This document shows positions 1 through 11,789 of a stretch of 64,000 nucleotides of DNA, one piece after another. Positions within the stretch are counted from its first letter, which is position 1; every line of letters starts with the position of its first letter. Under the pieces are notes generated by a model. The model was given only the letters and a program-made list of their open reading frames with translations, was not told the DNA's origin and made no database searches. The stretch lies in assembly GCA_963746465.1 (NCBI GenBank), contig CAVVAY010000004.1, positions 43,382 to 107,381 on the forward strand, read 5' to 3'. The DNA comes from an uncultured Actinomycetota bacterium (GTDB lineage Bacteria; Actinomycetota; Actinomycetes; JACCUZ01). Position numbers and translations under genes: made by a program.

Positions 1-28
1 CGGGCGAACGAGCGGCGCAGCATCCCGC

Positions 29-931
29 TCAGAAGTCGCCGCCGCCGAAGTCGCCGCCGCCGAAGTCGCCACCGCCGCCCCAGTCGCCGCCACCGCCGCC
101 CCAGTCGCCGCCGGCGAAGTCACTGCCACCGCCGTCGCCGCCGCCGCCGTCCCCGTAGTCGCCGCCGCCGTCCCCGTGGCCGCCGCCGCCGTCGCCACCG
201 CTGTCACCGCCACCATCGCCGGAGGCGTCCTGACCGTCCTGGTAACCGTCGGAGTAGGAGCCGTCGCCGCCGCCGAACCCGCCGGAGAGCATCGAGCCGA
301 GGAACAGGCCGGGCAGCAGCCCGGACATCGCGAACGGGGAGAAGTAGCCCTGGGCGTAGGGGCTGTAGCCGGGACCGCCCTGCCAGTAGGGGACCCGGCC
401 GGCTCCGGACGGGACCTTGCGCATGTCCGGCTCGGTGCCCTCACGGACCCGCTCGGCGTCGGCCGGGCAGGCCGGGACCGAGCGGGGCACACCGCCGGGG
501 GGCGCCCAGTCGACGTTCTCGCTGGAGGGGCCGTGCTGGGGGTTGAAGAAGCAGGGCGGCAGCCGGGTGGGCACCGGCTTGCCGGCCAGCCGGGCCTGCA
601 CGCAGGCCACCGCGTAGCGGCCGTCCTCCAGGATGCCGGTGATGCCGCGGATGTCGTCCGGGCGCTGCACCCGGTCCAGCGCCGCCTTGGCCGCGTCGTA
701 GGAGTCCAGGGCCCGGCGGTAGTCCTGCCGGGTCGGCTCGTCGAGCTGGCGGCCGGTCGTCTCGTTGCCGAGCAATGTCACGTCCTCGCCGAACCGGGTG
801 ACGTCCTCCTCGGCAGCCTTCTTCACCGACTCGATCGCCACGACCTCGCGTTGCTTCTCCCGGCGCTGCGAACGGGTCGTCACGAAGGCGATCACCAAGC
901 CGATGATCACGAGCAGGATGAGCAGGTCCAT
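29..931 (-). CDS. membrane-anchored protein of unknown function with Gly/Asp-rich repetitive C-terminal tail
   Basis: 300-aa ORF with ATG start. N-terminal hydrophobic helix MDLLILLVIIGLVIAFV is followed by a basic stretch and a central globular-looking region. The last ~100 aa are GGGD/GGGDF/GGGGDW repeats. Confidence 0.7.
   Translation of the reverse strand: MDLLILLVIIGLVIAFVTTRSQRREKQREVVAIESVKKAAEEDVTRFGEDVTLLGNETTGRQLDEPTRQDYRRALDSYDAAKAALDRVQRPDDIRGITGILEDGRYAVACVQARLAGKPVPTRLPPCFFNPQHGPSSENVDWAPPGGVPRSVPACPADAERVREGTEPDMRKVPSGAGRVPYWQGGPGYSPYAQGYFSPFAMSGLLPGLFLGSMLSGGFGGGDGSYSDGYQDGQDASGDGGGDSGGDGGGGHGDGGGDYGDGGGGDGGGSDFAGGDWGGGGGDWGGGGDFGGGDFGGGDF
32..180 (-). repeat. in-frame tandem 15-21 nt repeats (gaagtcgccgccgcc / ccagtcgccgccaccgccgcc) encoding the GGGDF/GGGGDW tail
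   Basis: Direct reading of nt 32-115 shows three gaagtcgcc(g/a)ccgcc units, then two ccagtcgccgcc units. The pattern degenerates further upstream. Confidence 0.8.
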
Positions 932-971
932 GCCCGGTCAACTCCGTCCCTGGGCGAGCGGTTCCGGCTCG

Positions 972-2732
972 CTAGTCCTTGATCTCGCAGATAACTGCGC
1001 CGTTGGTCACGGTAGCCCCGACCTCGGCAGTCAAACCCGTGACGGTGCCCGCCTTGTGCGCGGTGAGCGGCTGCTCCATCTTCATCGCCTCGAGCACCAC
1101 GACGGGGTCGCCGACCTCGACCTGCTGGCCCTCCTCGGCGACAACCTTGACGATGGTGCCCTGCATGGGACTGGTGAGGGCGTCCCCGCTGGCGGCGGCG
1201 CCTGCCTTCTTCTTCTTGCCGCCGGTACGCCGGGTGGGCCGGGCCGGACCGGCAGCCTCGCCGGACGCGCCCAGCCCGGCCGGCAGGACCACCTCGAGCC
1301 GACGGCCACCGACCTCGACGACGACCCGCTCGCGCTCACCGGGCTCGGCCGCGTCAGCAGCCTCGCCGCTCCACGGTTCGATGGTGTTGTCGAACTCGGT
1401 CTCGATCCAGCGGGTGTGGATGGTGAACGGCGCGTCGCCGTCGGGTGCGAACGCCTTGTCCGAGACGACCGCCCGGTGGAACGGCAGCACGGTCGGCATG
1501 CCGTCGACGACGAACTCGGCCAGCGCCCGGCGCGACCGCTCGAGCGCCTGCTGCCGGGTCGAGCCGGTGACGATCAGCTTGGCCAGCATCGAGTCGAAGG
1601 CACCAACGACCTCGCCGCCCTCCTCGACGCCCGAGTCGAGCCGGACCCCGGGGCCGGTCGGTGGGCGGAAGGTGCTCACGTGACCGGGTGCCGGCAGGAA
1701 GTTGCGGCCGGCGTCCTCGCCGTTGATCCGGAACTCGAAGGAGTGCCCGCGCAGCTCGGGGTCGCCGTAGCCGAGCTCCTCACCGTCGGCGATGCGGAAC
1801 ATCTCGCGGACCAGGTCGATGCCGGTGACCTCCTCCGTCACCGGGTGCTCGACCTGAAGCCGGGTGTTGACCTCGAGGAACGAGATGGTGCCGTCCTGGC
1901 CGACGAGGAACTCGCAGGTGCCGGCGCCGACGTAGCCGGCCTCGGCGAGGATCGCCTTGGACGCCCGGTAGAGCTCGGCGTTCTGCTCGTCGGACAGGAA
2001 CGGGGCAGGCGCCTCCTCGACCAGCTTCTGGTGGCGGCGCTGCAGCGAGCAGTCGCGGGTCGAGACCACGACGACGTTGCCGTGGGTGTCGGCCAGGCAC
2101 TGGGTCTCGACGTGCCGCGGCTTGTCCAGGTACTTCTCCACGAAGCACTCGCCACGGCCGAAGGCGCCGACCGCCTCGCGGACCGCCGAGTCGAACAGCT
2201 CCGGGATCTCCTCGATGGTGCGGGCGACCTTCAGGCCGCGGCCGCCACCGCCGTACGCCGCCTTGATCGCGACCGGCACGCCGTGCTCCTTGGCGAACGC
2301 CACGACCTCGTCGGCGTCCTCGACCGGCTCCTTGGTGCCCGCGACCAGCGGGGCGCCAGCCCGCTCGGCGATGTGCCGGGCCTTCACCTTGTCGCCGAGG
2401 GAGTCGATCGCGGCCGGCGGCGGGCCGATCCAGGTGAGCCCGGCGTCGATCACGGCCTGTGCGAAGCCGGCGTTCTCGGCGAGGAAGCCGTAGCCGGGGT
2501 GCACGGCATCTGCACCGGCCTGGGCGGCGGCCTCGAGGATCTTGTCGATCACCAGGTAGGAGTCGCCGGGGGTGCTGCCGCCGAGGGCGAACGCCTCGTC
2601 GGCGACCCGGACATGCAGGGCGTCGCGGTCCGGGTCGGCGTAGACGGCCACGCTGGCGATCCCGGCGTCCTTGCAGGCCCGGGCGATCCGGACGGCGATC
2701 TCACCGCGGTTGGCGATCAGCACCTTGCGCAC
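972..2732 (-). CDS. accA: acyl-CoA (acetyl/propionyl-CoA) carboxylase alpha subunit: biotin carboxylase + BCCP domain
   Basis: 586 aa with GTG start. N-terminus [19 protein letters not shown] is typical of biotin carboxylase. The C-terminal biotinyl domain carries the EAMKME motif. Confidence 0.95.
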   Translation of the reverse strand: MRKVLIANRGEIAVRIARACKDAGIASVAVYADPDRDALHVRVADEAFALGGSTPGDSYLVIDKILEAAAQAGADAVHPGYGFLAENAGFAQAVIDAGLTWIGPPPAAIDSLGDKVKARHIAERAGAPLVAGTKEPVEDADEVVAFAKEHGVPVAIKAAYGGGGRGLKVARTIEEIPELFDSAVREAVGAFGRGECFVEKYLDKPRHVETQCLADTHGNVVVVSTRDCSLQRRHQKLVEEAPAPFLSDEQNAELYRASKAILAEAGYVGAGTCEFLVGQDGTISFLEVNTRLQVEHPVTEEVTGIDLVREMFRIADGEELGYGDPELRGHSFEFRINGEDAGRNFLPAPGHVSTFRPPTGPGVRLDSGVEEGGEVVGAFDSMLAKLIVTGSTRQQALERSRRALAEFVVDGMPTVLPFHRAVVSDKAFAPDGDAPFTIHTRWIETEFDNTIEPWSGEAADAAEPGERERVVVEVGGRRLEVVLPAGLGASGEAAGPARPTRRTGGKKKKAGAAASGDALTSPMQGTIVKVVAEEGQQVEVGDPVVVLEAMKMEQPLTAHKAGTVTGLTAEVGATVTNGAVICEIKD

Positions 2733-2871
2733 GATCGGATCCCCTTCGTCGGCAGCGGACGGAGTCTAGGCGTAGGGCAACGATAGGGAGTTCGCCCGAT
2801 GTGTCGATCGGCCAGGCGGAGCACGCTGTCGCAAAAGCCCAGATGGGCACACTCCGTGGGAGGAATCAGAG

Positions 2872-3697
2872 ATGCACAGCGATCAGGCAGACGTCGATCT
2901 CAAGGCGCGGCACCGGGCGATGTGGGGCAAGGGCGACTACCCGTTGATGGTGGACACGTTCCTGCTCCCCATCGGGCAACGGCTCGCGGAGGCCGCTGGG
3001 ATCAGCCCTGGCGCGCGAGGTGCTCGACGTGGCGGCGGGCACGGGCAATGCGTCGATCCCGGCCGCACAGCGCGGCGCGCGCGTGACGGCCAGCGACCTG
3101 ACACCCGAGCTGCTGGCGGCGGGATCGCGCCGTCCCGACGCCGAGGGGTTGGACATCGAATGGGCCGAGGCCGACGCTGAGAACCTGCCGTTCGAGGACG
3201 AGTCGTTCGACGTGGTCATGTCGGCGATCGGCGTGATGTTCGCACCGCACCACCAGGCCGCGGCCGACGAGCTGGTGCGGGTGTGCCGACCGGGCGGGAC
3301 GGTGGCTCTGCTGAGCTGGACCCCGGAGGGCATGCTCGGCGACCTGTTCCGCACGATGAAGCCGTTCGCCCCCCCGCCGCCTCCCGGTGCTCAGCCGCCA
3401 CCGCTGTGGGGGAGCGAAGAGCACCTCGCGGCCCTCTTCGGCAACCGGGTCGACTTCCACCACCTCGAGCGCGACACCCTGGAGATCACCGCGTTCGTCC
3501 AGCCGCGCGACTACGGCGAGCACTTCAAGGCGTACTACGGCCCCACGATCGCGGCTCGGGCCAACGCGGTGAAGGAAGGCAGGGAGAGCGAGTTCGACGA
3601 GGCACTCGACCAGTTCTGCGACAAGTGGGACCGCGGGACACCGGGGCAGGGACGGTTCGAGAAGGAGTACCTGATCTCGGTCGGAACCAGACGCTGA
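2872..3697 (+). pseudogene. class I SAM-dependent methyltransferase interrupted by a single extra base near 3019
   Basis: N-terminal 48 codons lie in the 2872 frame (..GQRLAEAAGISPGAR). The rest lies in the 3020 frame (VLDVAAGTGNASIPAAQRGARV.., the SAM-binding motif). Deleting one g at about 3019 gives a continuous GISPGARVLDVAAGTGNA. SD gggagg sits 8 nt before ATG 2872. Confidence 0.85.
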
Positions 3698-3773
3698 GCG
3701 ACCTGGCTGGCGCCGCGCTCCCTTGTGGGGCGGGGTGGCGCTGGTGATACTCGCAAGCGTGGCGACCGTACGC

Positions 3774-5434
3774 ATGAGTGAGGATGTTCGCGACGGCGCC
3801 CGCGCGATGGACCGGGCGGACTGGGAGTCGGCGCGGGTGGCCTTCCAGACCGCCTTGGTCGCGGCGGACGAGGGAGGGGAGCAAGGGCCAGCCCGAGGCC
3901 CACGAAGGCCTCGGGCTCGCTTTGTGGTTCCTCGGTCGCGTCGCCGGAAGGCATCTCCGAGCGCGAGAGGGCATACGACGGCTACGTGGCCGCGAAGCGC
4001 TGCGACGACGCGGCCCGCGTGGCGGTCTGGGTCTCCCACCAGCACCTGATCGGCGGGCGCATGTCCGCCGCACGTGGCTGGTTGGAGCGGGCGGCGCGGG
4101 CTGTCGAGGGCAGCCCTTCGTCGAGTCTTGGTCGCGGCTGGGTCGCAGTGGAGCGGGCGCGACACTCGGAGAGCGTGCAGGAGCGGGTCGTCGAGGCGCA
4201 GCAGGCGGTGGAGATCGCGCGCAGCTCGGGTGACGGCGACCTCGAGGTGTTCGCCCTCAGCCTGCTGGGACGGGCGGTCGTGAGCTCCGGGCGGCGGGAG
4301 GACGGGCTGCGTCTGCTCGAGGAGGCGATGGCAGCAGCCTCGTCAGGTCGGGCGCGCAACATGCACACCCTCGCCGAGGCGTACTGCAACCTCATCGAGG
4401 GCTGCGCGAGTGCCGGCGAGTGGGAGCGCGGGGGCGAGTGGTGCGAGCTGGTCAGCGAGTTCGCCAGCAAGAACAACACTGAACCGTTGTTCGGTGCGTG
4501 CCGCACGGTCCACGCCAACGTCCTGCTGGCCACCGGTCACTGGCCGCAGGCCGAGCACGCGCTGGAGGCCGCACTCGCTGTCCACGCCCGCTTCGTCCCG
4601 CAGTTGAGCGCACCGGCCGTCGCCGCCTTGGCCGAGCTGCGCGTCCTGCAGGGGCGGCTCCTCGACGCGGAGCGACTGCTCCGAGGGCGGGAAGCTGATC
4701 CGTCATCGCTGCGCGCCCTCGCCCTGCTCCGCATCGCGGAAGGGCAGCCTCTGGAGGCGGCCAAACTGCTCGAGCGCGGCCTGCTCGGTACCACGGACAA
4801 CGCCGTCCACGCCGCTGCACTCCTCGCGCCGCTGGTCGACGCGCGGCTCCAGTGCGGTGATCTGGACGGAGCGGAGGCCGCGGCGGAGGAGTTGTCCGCG
4901 ACGGCAGACGCGACGAGCATCCGACTGATCCAGGCGTACGCCGACCTGGCCGCGGCCCGACTGGCTGTCGCCGCGGGACGGCCGCGGGACGCCGCCGAGC
5001 CGGCCCGGCTCGCGCTCACCGCCTTCAGCAATCTCGCGATGCCGTTCGGCGCTGCTCAGGCGCGCCTGGAACTCGCTCGTGCGCTGGCCGACGAGTCGGT
5101 CGGGCTCGCGCGCGACGAGGCGCGCACCGCGCACGCAACTTTCCAGCAGCTCGGCGCGGCCGGGCGATGGATGCCTCGGCAAGGCTGCTGCGCGACCTCG
5201 GCGGCGGGACCGGCCCGCGGCCGGGCACAGTCGGCATGCTCACGGCCCGTGAGAAGGAGGTGCTCGAGCTCATCGCGTTGGGGATGTCCAACTCACGCAT
5301 CGGCCGGACTCTCTCGATCAGCGAGAAGACCGCTGGCCACCACGTGAGCCGCATCCTCGCCAAGCTCGGGGTGCACAACCGGGCCGAGGCGGCGGCTCAC
5401 GCCGTCCGGCCCGTCGTACGAGTGGCAGGTCTGA
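3774..5434 (+). pseudogene. large LuxR-family (TPR-like + C-terminal HTH) transcriptional regulator with at least 3 frame breaks
   Basis: Coding signal passes through three frames: 3774 frame (MSEDVRDGARAMDRADWESARVAFQTAL), 3778 frame (GQPEAHEGLGLALWFLGRVA), 3986 frame (EGISERERAYDGYVAAKRCDD ... FQQLGAAG), then 5167 frame (DASARLLRDLGG..LTAREKEVLELIALGMSNSRIGRTLSISEKTAGHHVSRILAKLGV). The 3' end is uncertain because there is no nearby in-frame stop. Confidence 0.75.
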
Positions 5435-6047
5435 CCCGCTCCCGGAGTAGCCGCTCCGCGAAGCTCGAGCAGCGAGCTGCCGACCTCGACGAGCATCCGC
5501 CGCAGCAGGGGGAGCGAGAGCCCGACCACGTTGTGCGGGTCGCCCTCGATGCCGGTCGACGTAGGGACCCCCGAGCCCGTCGATGGTGAAGGCGCCGGCG
5601 ACGCGCAGCGGCTCGCCGGTGGCCACGTACGCGTCGATCTCCTCGTCGGACAGCTCGGCGAAGTGCACGGTGGTCGAGGCGACCTCGGCCGCGGACCGGC
5701 CGGTGCGGGTGTCGATCAGGCAGTGACCGGTGCGCAGCACGCCGGTCCGGCCGCGCATCCGGTGCCAGCGCTGCACCGCGTCGGCCGCGTCGGCCGGCTT
5801 GCCCAGCGCCTCGCCGTCCAGGTCGAGGACCGAGTCGCAGCCCAGCACGAGCGCGTCGGTGCGGTCGGCCGCCACGGCGGTCGCCTTGCGGACCGCCAGG
5901 GTCAGCGCCACGTCGGCAGGCGGCCCGGTCACGGTGCTCTCGTCGACGCCGCTGACGACCACGTCCGGGTGACAGCCCGGCCTGGCGAAGCAGGCCGAGC
6001 CGGGCGGGAGAGGCCGAGGCCAGGACGAGCCTGCGGGTGTCGGTCAC
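5397..6047 (-). pseudogene. maf: Maf-like nucleoside triphosphate pyrophosphatase (septum formation protein Maf), at least 2 frame breaks
   Basis: N-terminus VTDTRRLVLASASPARLGLLRQAGLSP is in one frame. VVVSGVDES...AGAFTIDGLGGPYVD is in a second frame and IEGDPHNVVGLSLPLLRRML in a third. Breaks are at about 5966 and 5551. The 3' end is uncertain. Confidence 0.8.
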
Positions 6048-6145
6048 CGCGTCACCGTAGCCAGCGCGCCCGTTCTGTCCCTCGACGGCCGGGATCTTCG
6101 GGCGCACCATCGACTCCGACAGGCTCGTCTCCTCCTGGAGGTCGG

Positions 6146-7081
6146 ATGTCCGGTACCCCCGAGGTCGTCGACCTCTACGCCCGCGCCGTCGAGGGCTTCC
6201 GCGACGTCGTCGAAAGGTGCCGGACTCCGCCTGGACGGCGGCGACGCCGTGCGCCGACTGGGACGTGCGAGCCCTGGTCAACCACGTGGTCGGCGAGGAC
6301 CGCTGGGTCGTGCCGTTGCTCGAGGGCAAGACGGTCGCCGAGGTCGGCGACGCGCTCGACGGCGACCTGCTGGGCCAGGCACCCGAGGCGGCGGCAGCAA
6401 CTGCTGGGAAGGCGGCAGTGGCGGCGCTGGCCGAGCCCGGTGCGACTGCCCGCACGGTCCATCTGTCGTTCGGCGACTTCACCGCCGAGGAGTACGCCTG
6501 GCAGGTGCTCGCCGACCACGTCGTGCACACCTGGGATCTGGCGGCGGCGATCGGTGCGCCGCGGGAGCTGGACCCGCGGCTGGTCGAGGTGACCACCGGC
6601 TGGTGGGACGCTTGGGAGGAGTCGTACCGCGGGGCGGGGGCGGTAGGGCCGGCGGTGGCGGTCCCACGGGAGGCGTCGCCGCAGGACCGGCTGGTCGCGT
6701 CGTTCGGCCGTGATCCGTCCTGGACGGCGGTGCACGACGTCGTACGCCGGTTCGGTGCCGCGTGGGAGGCGTGGGACATGGAGCTGGCGCTGTCGCTGCT
6801 GGCACCGGACGCGGTGTTCGAGTCGACCGGTCCGGCTCCGGACGGCCGTCGGCTCGAGGGGGTCGATGCCATCAGGGCCGAGTGGCTCGCGAATGGTCGA
6901 AGCGACCCGGGACGCGTCGTTCTCCTTCGAGGAGGCGTTCGTCTCCGGCGACCGGGCGACGGCCCGCTGGCGGTTCGGCTGGACGAACGAGGACGGCTCG
7001 GCGGGTCACGTCCGCGGGGTCGACGTGATCCGGGTCGCCGACGGACGCATCACGGAGAAGTTCTCCTACGTCAAGGGCTGA
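6146..7081 (+). pseudogene. TIGR03086-like (DinB/mycothiol-dependent isomerase N-terminal-like) domain fused to a SnoaL/NTF2-like domain, 2 frame breaks
   Basis: ATG 6146 is preceded by ggagg. MSGTPEVVDLYARAVEGFRDVVE switches frame at about 6215 into PDSAWTAATPCADWDVRALVNHV. A second switch at about 6892 leads into MVEATRDASFSFEEAFVSGDRATARWRFGW...ITEKFSYVKG, with the stop at 7081. Confidence 0.75.
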
Positions 7082-7084
7082 CGG

Positions 7085-7290
7085 TCACACCGGCCGGGCC
7101 GAGGCGACCCAGCCACCTGGCCCCGATGCCAGCGGCCGCCGCACGAGACGGGCCGGGTCGTTCCAGGCGGTGCGGGTGGACCTGCTCCGGGCCGCGGCTG
7201 GTGCTGTCCGGTTGACGAGGACGGTCACCAGGGCTGCGAGGTCCTCAGCCGCCGGGTCCCCGCGCACCACCCGCAGCAACGGCGCCTCAC

Positions 7291-7294
<4 letters not shown>
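7085..7294 (-). CDS. accE: acyl-CoA carboxylase epsilon subunit
   Basis: 69 codons ([27 protein letters not shown]...). The GTG start overlaps the pccB stop (GTGA at 7291-7294). Position and size match AccE5 downstream of AccD5. Confidence 0.75.
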
Positions 7295-8919
<1,625 letters not shown>

Positions 8920-8953
8920 CCCGGCAGCGTACTGAGTGCTGCCTGCCCGGCTG

Positions 8954-10270
8954 TCAGCGCCGAGAGCTGATCATGACCGGAACGACGCCGACGCGGACCT
9001 TGGTGCCCGCGTGGGCACTGCTGACCGCCGCGCTCCAGGTCGTGACGGAGCTGGTGCGAACAGGTGCCTTCACGGTGGTGGATCGGGTCGGGTTCCATAC
9101 GATCCGCCGGATCTGTGTCGCGGTCGTGAAGGTGCAGGTCCAGGTGTTCGTCTTGGCCCGTGTACAGCCCACCGGACGGGCGCCCAGCAGCCACCTGCGA
9201 GAGGTGCCGAAGGCCCGTCCGGCCGGGGTGAGCGTGATCCGGTCGGCCTCGACCAGCGGCGTGTTGGACGTCCCGAGCAGGTCCCACGAGTACCAGTAGA
9301 CGCGGCTGACCCCGCTCGCCGCATTGAGCACGAACGTCCGCATCAGGTTGCCGACCTGGCGCTCGGTGGAGATCGGGATGGCCAGGCCGGCCCCGGGTCC
9401 GCCGAGCATGCCGTAGTTCACCTCGGTGTTCCAGATGGGCTTGACCACCTTCTTCGTGGCAAGAATCTTGCGCACCGAGCCGAGAAGGGCCATCGACGCC
9501 TCTGGGGAGCCGTTCGCCATCGGGTAGAGCTGGAAGGACAGCGCGTCGACGTATGCGCTCACGTTCCTCTTGGCGACTCGCTGCGAGTAGAACGACTTGA
9601 TCCAGGCCTGCTGGCTGCTCAGCCGGGTCACCAAGGCCGGCGCCACTAGGCGGGCCGACGGGTCGACGGCGCGCAGGGCGCTGCGTGTCCAGGCGGTCAG
9701 CGTGGCCATCTGCTTGGCCGTCCCCGTCCAGTAGCCGATGACGTTGGCCTCGTTCCACACCTGGAACTGCGCCACGTGGCCCCACACAGTCAGGTTGCGC
9801 CGGGCGGTTTCCTGCACATAGCGAACCCACGCGGCCTGGGTGGGCATTGCCGAAGCCCCGAGGCCGTAGCTGCCCAGGGCCGTCGGGTGAGTGGAGTGGA
9901 AGACAGGAGTTTGTCCGAGCACGAGCAGCACTGAGGCGCCGTTCGCCCTTGCCTTGGCCATCAGCGCGTCAGATCGCGTCCAGTCGAATACGCCGTCCGC
10001 GACCTCCACCTCGTTCCAAGCGATCCCGTTGTCCCACAGCCGCACCGAGCCGACCGGTCCCTGCGGCCAGCCGATCGGGCCGTCGGCGTGCAGGCCCAGG
10101 TGGTGCGACCCGAAGAACTCCGCGCCGATGGGAGCCTGCGCCGCTGGCCGCTCGGGCTTGGCGCTGGCGGCACCGGCCGGGAGCAGGGTGGTTGCGGCCG
10201 CGACCACCACGACTCCGGCAACCAGACGAGTGAGACGAGTGGCAGGCCGACAGCTGCGGCGGTAGGTCAT
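8954..10270 (-). CDS. secreted clan GH-A (TIM-barrel) glycoside hydrolase-like protein
   Basis: A signal-peptide-like N-terminus ([37 protein letters not shown]) begins at ATG 10270. The motif QVWNEAN is typical of the GH-A acid/base strand. The start could be further upstream (up to 10321). Confidence 0.7.
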   Translation of the reverse strand: MTYRRSCRPATRLTRLVAGVVVVAAATTLLPAGAASAKPERPAAQAPIGAEFFGSHHLGLHADGPIGWPQGPVGSVRLWDNGIAWNEVEVADGVFDWTRSDALMAKARANGASVLLVLGQTPVFHSTHPTALGSYGLGASAMPTQAAWVRYVQETARRNLTVWGHVAQFQVWNEANVIGYWTGTAKQMATLTAWTRSALRAVDPSARLVAPALVTRLSSQQAWIKSFYSQRVAKRNVSAYVDALSFQLYPMANGSPEASMALLGSVRKILATKKVVKPIWNTEVNYGMLGGPGAGLAIPISTERQVGNLMRTFVLNAASGVSRVYWYSWDLLGTSNTPLVEADRITLTPAGRAFGTSRRWLLGARPVGCTRAKTNTWTCTFTTATQIRRIVWNPTRSTTVKAPVRTSSVTTWSAAVSSAHAGTKVRVGVVPVMISSRR

Positions 10271-10393
10271 GATGTGCATCCCCGGGTCGGCGGCCACCGC
10301 CCGCGACATGGCGGACGTCATGATGGCTTCATCGACCGCCCGCGCAATCGAATTGACTGTCGAAGGCTCCCAACCGCCAATGTTTGCCTCATC

Positions 10394-11202
10394 GTGACCA
10401 GCCCCTGGCGTGACCTCGATCGACCGCCGTTGCGCGAGGCGGCGCTGCGTTCGGCGCTGCTGGTGACGGAGGGCGCTCTGGACCGTCTGACGGTGCGCGA
10501 GAGACCGGGTCGACCAACGCGGACGTGGCGCGGCCGCCCGTGCCGGCGCCGCGAGGGCCTGGTCGTCGTAGCCGAGCTGCAGACGCGCCGGGCGCGGCCG
10601 GGCTGACCGGGTCTGGCAGGCGCCGCTGCGCTCCGGCCTCGGCTGTCTCGGTACTGCTGCGACCGCCGTTCTCGCGCGACACCTGGGGATGGCTGCCGCT
10701 GCTCGCCGGGCTGTCGGTGTCGACCCCGCTCGCCGCGATGAGCGAGCTGGACATCGGCCTGAAATGGCCCAACGACGTGCTGGTGGGGGAGCGCAAGCTG
10801 GCCGGGCTGCTCGCCGAGGTGGTGGACGACGCGGTCGTGGTCGGCATCGGTCTGAACGTCTCGCTGCGCAGCGACGAGCTGCCGGTGCCGACGGCCACCT
10901 CGCTGGCGATCGAAGCCTCCAAGGTCACCGACCGCGAGCCGGTGCTGCGCGCCGTGCTGCGCGACCTCGACCGCCGCTACCGCGCCCTGGTCGCGGCCGG
11001 CGGCGACGCGCAGCGTTGCGGGCTGCTCGACGCCTACCGCGCGGCCTGTACGACGGTGGGCCGGCAGGTGCGCGTCACGCTGCCCGGTGACCAGGTGCTC
11101 GAAGGGACCGCCGTGGACGTCGACCGGGCCGGTCGGCTCGTCGTCGACGCTGCTGATGGCCGACATGCGTTGGCCGCCGGCGACGTCGTTCACGTGCGGT
11201 AG
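10394..11202 (+). pseudogene. birA: biotin--[acetyl-CoA-carboxylase] ligase BirA with about 5 frame changes within 160 nt
   Basis: Pieces matching BirA (by comparison with M. tuberculosis BirA) sit in alternating frames: LTV (frame 2), ETGSTNADVAR (frame 1), AAARAGAA (frame 0), EGLVVVAELQT (frame 2), AGRGRADRVWQAPLRSGLG (frame 0), VSVLLRPP...LKWPNDVLVGERKLAGLLAE...DVVHVR (frame 1). Confidence 0.85.
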
Positions 11203-11228
11203 CCCCCGGGGGCTGGCACCATCGGGCC

Positions 11229-11789
11229 GTGCCCGGAATCCCGAAGCGTCTCCTCGCCGACGACGAAGACGTCGTCATGGCCATGCGTCCGCACTGGAAG
11301 GAGATGGTCGGCCCGGTCCTCATCCTGCTGGTGACCAGCCCGCTGGCCACCTATCTGGCGACGATCATGCCCGAGAGCAGTGCCCAGGGCTGGCTGCGGC
11401 TGGCGGTGGCGGTCATCGCGGCGTTGATCGTGCTGCGGTTCAGCGTCTGGCCGTTCGTCAAGTGGATCACCACGTCGTACGTCGTCACCGACCGCCGCAT
11501 CATCACCCGGGTCGGCGTGGTCGCCCGCACCGGCCGGGACATGCCGATCTCTCGGATCAACGACGTGACCTTCCAGCACAGCGGCATCCTCGAGCGGGTG
11601 CTCCGCTGCGGCACGCTGGTCGTCGAGTCGGCCGGCGAACGCGGCCAGCTGGTGCTGCGCGACGTCCCGCACGTCGAGGAGGTGCAGCGGGACGTCTACC
11701 GGCTGGCCGAGGCCGACGAGGAGCGCCGTCGCGGGGGCCGGGACGACCATGACGGTCGGGACGGCACCACCTCGACCGACATCCGGTGA
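11229..11789 (+). CDS. PH-domain (bPH_2/YdbS-like) membrane protein
   Basis: 186 aa. Two hydrophobic helices are followed by YVVTDRRIITRVGVVARTGRDMPISRINDV, typical of the bacterial PH domain family. Confidence 0.8.
   Translation: MPGIPKRLLADDEDVVMAMRPHWKEMVGPVLILLVTSPLATYLATIMPESSAQGWLRLAVAVIAALIVLRFSVWPFVKWITTSYVVTDRRIITRVGVVARTGRDMPISRINDVTFQHSGILERVLRCGTLVVESAGERGQLVLRDVPHVEEVQRDVYRLAEADEERRRGGRDDHDGRDGTTSTDIR

Noticed and set aside
10487-10650. Programmed ribosomal frameshifting or recoding in birA, and in the other broken genes.
   Set aside because: There are no slippery heptamers or stimulatory structures at the junctions. Several shifts of both signs fall within 160 nt. The breaks sit at short G/C runs, which fits indel errors or mutations.
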